Shown here: positions 48,826 to 53,036 of the stretch, one piece after another
Position numbering within the stretch: the stretch's first letter is position 1
Layout: every line of letters begins with the position of its first letter
NCBI GenBank assembly: GCA_964010765.1
Contig: CAXGMD010000013.1
Coordinates: 1-53,036 of the forward strand
Reading direction: 5' to 3'
Source of the DNA: an uncultured bacterium
GTDB lineage: Bacteria; SAR324; NAC60-12
DNA: 53,036 nucleotides
Translations under genes and position numbers: made by a program
The notes under the pieces: generated by a model
What the model was told of the DNA's origin: nothing
The model's input: only the letters and a program-made list of their open reading frames with translations
Databases searched by the model: none

Positions 48826-49509
48826 ATGAAGAAGCTGAGTAAGCGCCAGAAGGCGATTCGTGAAAAAGTGGAACTGGAAAAACAGTATTCACTCGAAGAA
48901 GCCCTACAACTACTGCAGGAAGTGAAAGCGACCAAGTTTGATGAAACTGTCGATGTTGTCCTCCGACTTGGTGTGGACCCGCGTAAAGCGGACCAGATGG
49001 TTCGTGGAACCTGCTCCCTGCCTCACGGGCTAGGTAAAGAGGTGCGCGTACTGGTTTTTGCCAAGGGAGAGAAAGCTCGTGAAGCCGAAGAGGCTGGAGC
49101 TGATTATGTTGGAGCCGAAGACATCGCTGAGCGAATCCAGAAGGAAAGCTGGTTTGATTATGAGCGTGTTGTTGCTACCCCTGATGTGATGAATGTTGTG
49201 GGTCGCCTTGGGAAAATCCTGGGACCTCGTGGCTTGATGCCGAATCCGAAAGTGGGAACCGTCACCATGGATGTGGCCAATGCTGTGAAAGATATCAAGG
49301 CTGGCCAGGTAGAATTCCGTGTCGACAAACAAGGGAACCTACACGCACCTGTTGGACGGATCTCTTTCAATGTGGACCAGCTGGCTGAAAATATCCGCTC
49401 CTTTATTGATTCGGTTCAGCGGCTCAAGCCCTCGACCTCCAAAGGAGTCTACATGCGCCAGTGCTGTATCAGTTCGACGATGGGACCCGGACTGCGCGTA
49501 AGTCTATAA
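48826..49509 (+). CDS. rplA: 50S ribosomal protein L1
   Basis: [46 protein letters not shown] before ATG 48826. Confidence 0.99.
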   Translation: MKKLSKRQKAIREKVELEKQYSLEEALQLLQEVKATKFDETVDVVLRLGVDPRKADQMVRGTCSLPHGLGKEVRVLVFAKGEKAREAEEAGADYVGAEDIAERIQKESWFDYERVVATPDVMNVVGRLGKILGPRGLMPNPKVGTVTMDVANAVKDIKAGQVEFRVDKQGNLHAPVGRISFNVDQLAENIRSFIDSVQRLKPSTSKGVYMRQCCISSTMGPGLRVSL

Positions 49510-49582
49510 AATTTTGTTGAATTGACTCCTGATAGGGAGTCCTTGGTGGGTCCAACAGCCCACCTTTACGAATCTGGCAAGC

Positions 49583-49638
49583 AGTTGTTGAAGACAGCTG
49601 GGGCCCTACCGGGCTTAATCTTCCCCGCCGAGACAATT
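49583..49638 (+). promoter_or_regulatory. ribosomal protein L10 leader RNA
   Basis: GAAGACAGC-TGGGG...TTAA...CCCC-GC-CGAGAC pattern typical of the L10 leader, upstream of rplJ. Confidence 0.75.
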
Positions 49639-49788
49639 GTGGTGCTGGAGCAAGTCCTACCTTGCTCTCTTCAGAACTGCCCTGCCCGATCATCAGTAGT
49701 TTCTGCGTAGTGCAGTAACGACCTGATGCACCCTTCCGGTCTTCTTTGGAAGCCCGGTTCACTCGTGAAATTTCCATCAGAGGTTCTC

Positions 49789-50322
49789 GTGGATCGTTCT
49801 CAAAAAGAAACGGTCGTGGACGAGATCCGGGAGATCTTTAACAACGCCGCCGCTGGCGTACTGGTTGACTACCGAGGTCTGGAAGCTAATAAGATCGTGG
49901 AGCTGCGACAGCAGTTGCGCAATTCAGCTTCGACCATGAAGGTGCTCAAAAACACTCTGGCTCGCATTGCCTCCGAGGGAACCCCCTTCGGTGTTTTGGA
50001 GAAGGAGTTTGTTGAGACCTGTGCCTTAGTGTACTCGCCATCTGACCCTGTGGGTCAGGCAAAGATTCTCACGGAATTCGCCAAGACCAATCCTCAGTTG
50101 GTAATCAAGGCGGGTGTGCTATCCGACGCCAATCGTGCCTCTCTGCTAAATGCAGGAGAGGTTGAAGCGCTGGCCAAACTCCCAAGCCGGGAGGAACTGA
50201 TTGTTAAGGTGCTCTTTGTGTTGCAGGCACCATCCACCCAGTTCGTTCGCACACTCAACGAGGTTCCAGCCAAGTTTGTTCGTACTTTGGCAGCCGTTGC
50301 CGAATCAAAGTCTGCTGCCTAA
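49789..50322 (+). CDS. rplJ: 50S ribosomal protein L10
   Basis: VDYRGL, KVLKNTLARIA, LAKLPSREEL; GTG start with GAGGT SD. Confidence 0.97.
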   Translation: MDRSQKETVVDEIREIFNNAAAGVLVDYRGLEANKIVELRQQLRNSASTMKVLKNTLARIASEGTPFGVLEKEFVETCALVYSPSDPVGQAKILTEFAKTNPQLVIKAGVLSDANRASLLNAGEVEALAKLPSREELIVKVLFVLQAPSTQFVRTLNEVPAKFVRTLAAVAESKSAA

Positions 50323-50347
50323 TCCAAGTTATTGAAAGGAAATCGAA

Positions 50348-50737
50348 ATGTCTGAAATTACCAAAGAGCAATTGATCGAGCATATTGCCAACATGACGGT
50401 GCTGGAATTGTCTGAGTTGGTCAAGGAGTTGGAAGAGAAGTTTGGTGTGAGCGCTGCCGCTGCAGCGGTTGCTGTTGCGCCTGCAGCCGGTGGTGCTGGT
50501 GGTGGTGAGGCAGCAGCCGAAGAGAAGACTGAATTTGACGTTATCCTTGATGCTGCTGGTGAGAAGAAGATCAACGTGATCAAGGAAATCCGTGCAATCA
50601 CCGGACTTGGCCTGAAGGAAGCCAAGGAATTCGTTGAGAGCGCACCAAAGACCGTGAAGGAAGGCTGCCCGAAAGAAGAAGCCGAAGAAATCGTCAAGAA
50701 GCTGCAGGAAGCTGGAGCCTCTGCATCCATCAAGTAA
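50348..50737 (+). CDS. rplL: 50S ribosomal protein L7/L12
   Basis: [35 protein letters not shown]. Confidence 0.99.
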   Translation: MSEITKEQLIEHIANMTVLELSELVKELEEKFGVSAAAAAVAVAPAAGGAGGGEAAAEEKTEFDVILDAAGEKKINVIKEIRAITGLGLKEAKEFVESAPKTVKEGCPKEEAEEIVKKLQEAGASASIK

Positions 50738-50747
50738 GTGGTGGTTC

Positions 50748-50780
50748 GAGGGACCGGGCTCGTGCCAGTCCCTCATTTCT
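50748..50780 (+). terminator. Rho-independent terminator after rplL
   Basis: GAGGGAC...GTCCCTC stem followed by ATTTCTGTT. Confidence 0.65.
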
Positions 50781-50782
50781 GT

Positions 50783-50932
50783 TCAATCAGCCTCGACAAT
50801 TCCTTCCAGAAATTTACGCAGCATCGTCTCTCGCACCTTCCCATTCCAGTCCTGGTTTTTTCCCCTATCTCGACGCAGGTTCACTTCACGGAGCAAGACA
50901 TTCGGTTGAGCCTCTGTATTTTTATCTGGCAT
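50783..50932 (-). CDS. putative 49-aa small protein (not in the ORF track)
   Basis: TAAGGAGG-AAC-ATG; MPDKNTEAQPNVLLREVNLRRDRGKNQDWNGKVRETMLRKFLEGIVEAD*; the stop abuts the rplL terminator. Confidence 0.5.
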   Translation of the reverse strand: MPDKNTEAQPNVLLREVNLRRDRGKNQDWNGKVRETMLRKFLEGIVEAD

Positions 50933-51152
50933 GTTCCTCCTTACCCAGTCGTGTCTTCTCGGACACAGGTTTTACAAAACTCTCCCTTTCCTTCAGAACT
51001 CTTCAAGAGCCTGATCTGAAAGAGATGTTTCTGAGTACAACTTCCGCAAGAATGGTACCAATTGTTTTTAAGTAGATCTGCTCTTGAACCTCCAAGACAA
51101 GCGCACTATTTTCTTTCATTCCCCCTGATTGTTTTACAATTTTAAGGCGCCC

Positions 51153-52034
51153 ATGGCTTCCACTGCACAGCACCGTCTAGCCTATGGACTGCTCAGTCCA
51201 ACCCTAGTATTGATGATCCTCAGCGGAGTGATTCCCTTCGCACTGGTGGTTTATTTTTCTCTACATGACACCTTTGCGGGGGAGCACTATATCTGGGTGG
51301 GCACCACTTGGTATGAGCAGGTGCTGGGATCTACTGAATTTCATGCTGCTCTCTTGCGGAGTCTTGGATTTTCGATCCTAGCTCTGGCGATTCAATTGCC
51401 CCTGGGGATCTACATTGCACTGAAGTTACCCGTCCAGGGACTGCTCTCCAAGCTCTACATCATCATTTTTGCGATCCCATTACTGATGCCAGTGATTGTG
51501 GTGGGCTATATCTGGAAGTTTCTGGTTCTGCCAAAAATTGGGCTCCTCAGCGAGTTTGTAGCGCTGCTGGGATGGAACTATGATCTCAATGATCCTGTTG
51601 TTGTGTGGATCACACTGATTCTAATGAACACCTGGCACTGGACCAGTTTAGTGGTGCTGCTTTGCTTTGCCGGATTGCGTACGATTCCGGATGCTTATTA
51701 CCAGGCAGCAGCAATTGATGGTGCTGGACGTTGGGCGATCTTCCGGCATATCCAACTGCCCAAGCTTCGGTTGGTGCTACTGATTGCTGGACTTCTCCGC
51801 TTCATGGATAGCTTCATCATCTACACAGAGGCTTATGTGCTGGCTCGAGGGGGGCCTGGCGTCAGCACCAACTTTCTTTCTCTGGAGTTGATTCAAACTG
51901 CTACGATCCAGTTCGACTTGGGTGAAGGAGGCGCCATGGCCGTCATCTACGCCACAATCGTGGTAGTCGTAGCTTGGTTATTTTTCTCGCGGATTATTCC
52001 ATCACAAAGCATGAAGTCTCAGGAGGATACATGA
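51153..52034 (+). CDS. carbohydrate ABC transporter permease 1 (glycerol-type GlpP-like)
   Basis: WHWTSLVVLLCFAGL..IPDAYYQAAAIDGA EAA loop, LLRFMDSF.IYTE, QFDLG. Confidence 0.88.
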   Translation: MASTAQHRLAYGLLSPTLVLMILSGVIPFALVVYFSLHDTFAGEHYIWVGTTWYEQVLGSTEFHAALLRSLGFSILALAIQLPLGIYIALKLPVQGLLSKLYIIIFAIPLLMPVIVVGYIWKFLVLPKIGLLSEFVALLGWNYDLNDPVVVWITLILMNTWHWTSLVVLLCFAGLRTIPDAYYQAAAIDGAGRWAIFRHIQLPKLRLVLLIAGLLRFMDSFIIYTEAYVLARGGPGVSTNFLSLELIQTATIQFDLGEGGAMAVIYATIVVVVAWLFFSRIIPSQSMKSQEDT

Positions 52035-52834
52035 ACCAGAGATTTTCGATTGTACCCGTTTTCTATCTGGCTTTCCTATTGATTCCTCTCTATTGGCTAC
52101 TGACGATGAGCTTCAAGCCGATGAAGGAAATCGCTGGTCAGCTGACCTTGTATCCAAAGTCCCCAACTCTGAATCACTACCAAGTCATTTTCAGTGATTC
52201 GAGCTGGTATCTGGGCTATCTCAATGCAACGATCTATGTGCTGATGAATGTTGCCATATGCCTGGCAGCTGCCATTCCAGCGGCCTATGCTTTCTCTCGC
52301 TACCATTTCTTTGGTAGTCGTTCTCTCTTCTTTAGCCTGCTTGCCTTCCGGATGATGTCCCCGGCAATCCTACTGATTCCAATCGTCCAGATTTTTTCTG
52401 ATCTCAATCTTATCGACACCTACATCGCAGTGGCACTAGCCCACTGTTTCTTCAACTTACCGATTGCAATCTGGATTCTCGAAGGATTCATCTCCTCTGT
52501 ACCGGCCGAATTGGATGAATTGGCGCGTATTGATGGCTACAATCTAGCCACCTATTTTCGAAAGATTCTACTGCCTGAAATCGCCCCAGGAATTGCTGTC
52601 GCTGCCTTCTTCTGCTTCTTGTTTTCCTGGACCGAAGTCATTCTCTCCAATGCGCTGACAACTATTGACGTCAAGCCAATTGGAGCAATCATGTCGCGGG
52701 TGTCCAGTGTTTTTACTGCAAACGTGCCGATTCTCTCAGCAGCCGGCGTCTTGACGTTGATTCCAGGAATTCTGATTGTCATCCTGGTACGTCGTCATCT
52801 CACTCGAGGGTTTTCAATGGGTCGGGTCGATTAG
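52031..52834 (+). CDS. carbohydrate ABC transporter permease 2 (glycerol-type GlpQ-like)
   Basis: IAVALAHCFFNLPIAIWILEGF, ELDELARIDG, FCFLFSW, GFSMGRV; AGGAGG SD, ATGA overlap. Confidence 0.88.
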   Translation: MNQRFSIVPVFYLAFLLIPLYWLLTMSFKPMKEIAGQLTLYPKSPTLNHYQVIFSDSSWYLGYLNATIYVLMNVAICLAAAIPAAYAFSRYHFFGSRSLFFSLLAFRMMSPAILLIPIVQIFSDLNLIDTYIAVALAHCFFNLPIAIWILEGFISSVPAELDELARIDGYNLATYFRKILLPEIAPGIAVAAFFCFLFSWTEVILSNALTTIDVKPIGAIMSRVSSVFTANVPILSAAGVLTLIPGILIVILVRRHLTRGFSMGRVD

Positions 52835-52856
52835 CGGTGTTGCCGCTCAGGAAGGT

Positions 52857-53036
52857 CTAGTTTACCGTTGCTGTTTCCATAGCTTTTAATTCTTCAGGTT
52901 CAGGCAAGGCAGTTGGACTTTCCCTTTCTTTTTCCGCTTCCTCCTCCCACAAACGAAACTGATGCACCACCGCCAACAACTCCTCCGCCTGCTTAGATAA
53001 CTGTGAACTCGACTTCGCGTTCACCTCCGAAAACTG
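52857..53036 (-). CDS. C-terminal end of a probable methyl-accepting chemotaxis protein (partial)
   Basis: Manual translation QFSEVNAKSSSQLSKQAEELLAVVHQFRLWEEE...TVN*; LSxQAxxLxxxVxxFxL is the typical MCP end. Confidence 0.65.
   Translation of the reverse strand, partial: QFSEVNAKSSSQLSKQAEELLAVVHQFRLWEEEAEKERESPTALPEPEELKAMETATVN

Overview
Bacterial chromosomal core-genome segment. Gene content and order suggest a flagellated delta-proteobacterium-like organism, possibly a marine SAR324-type lineage (inference only). In order: the 3' end of a stop-interrupted hypB; a MipA/OmpV-like gene; rplY-pth-ychF-rpsF-rpsR-rplI-dnaB; an unusual block of a divergent stand-alone EAL protein, a 7-repeat FG-GAP/VCBS lipoprotein and a 15-repeat (3x5) FG-GAP/VCBS secreted protein; flagellar flgI-flgJ-flgM-flgN-flgK-flgL-csrA-fliW; orphan hypotheticals, rfbB and a GT61; a minus-strand run recX-exonuclease-recJ-cutA(degraded)-SPOR; trmB-msrA-Nit-dnaG-rpoD-hemB-DMT-NtrB-like kinase; a metallo-beta-lactamase/cNMP-binding protein; an anti-TRAP-like zinc-finger mini-protein; dcd-nucleotidyltransferase; qor; mutS-coaD-(FtsK 4TM only)-trpD; a reduced tRNA(Thr,Tyr,Thr,Trp)-secE-nusG-rplKAJL cluster without tuf, rpmG or rpoBC; two orphan glycerol-type ABC permeases; and the 3' end of a probable chemoreceptor. 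No CRISPR array, rRNA, transposase or prophage was seen. The best candidates for undescribed biology are the EAL + FG-GAP block attached to the flagellar genes, the anti-TRAP-like protein, a pair of paralogous two-cysteine mini-lipoproteins, and the MBL-cNMP protein next to an orphan kinase. All family calls come from motif recognition by eye; no database searches were run.
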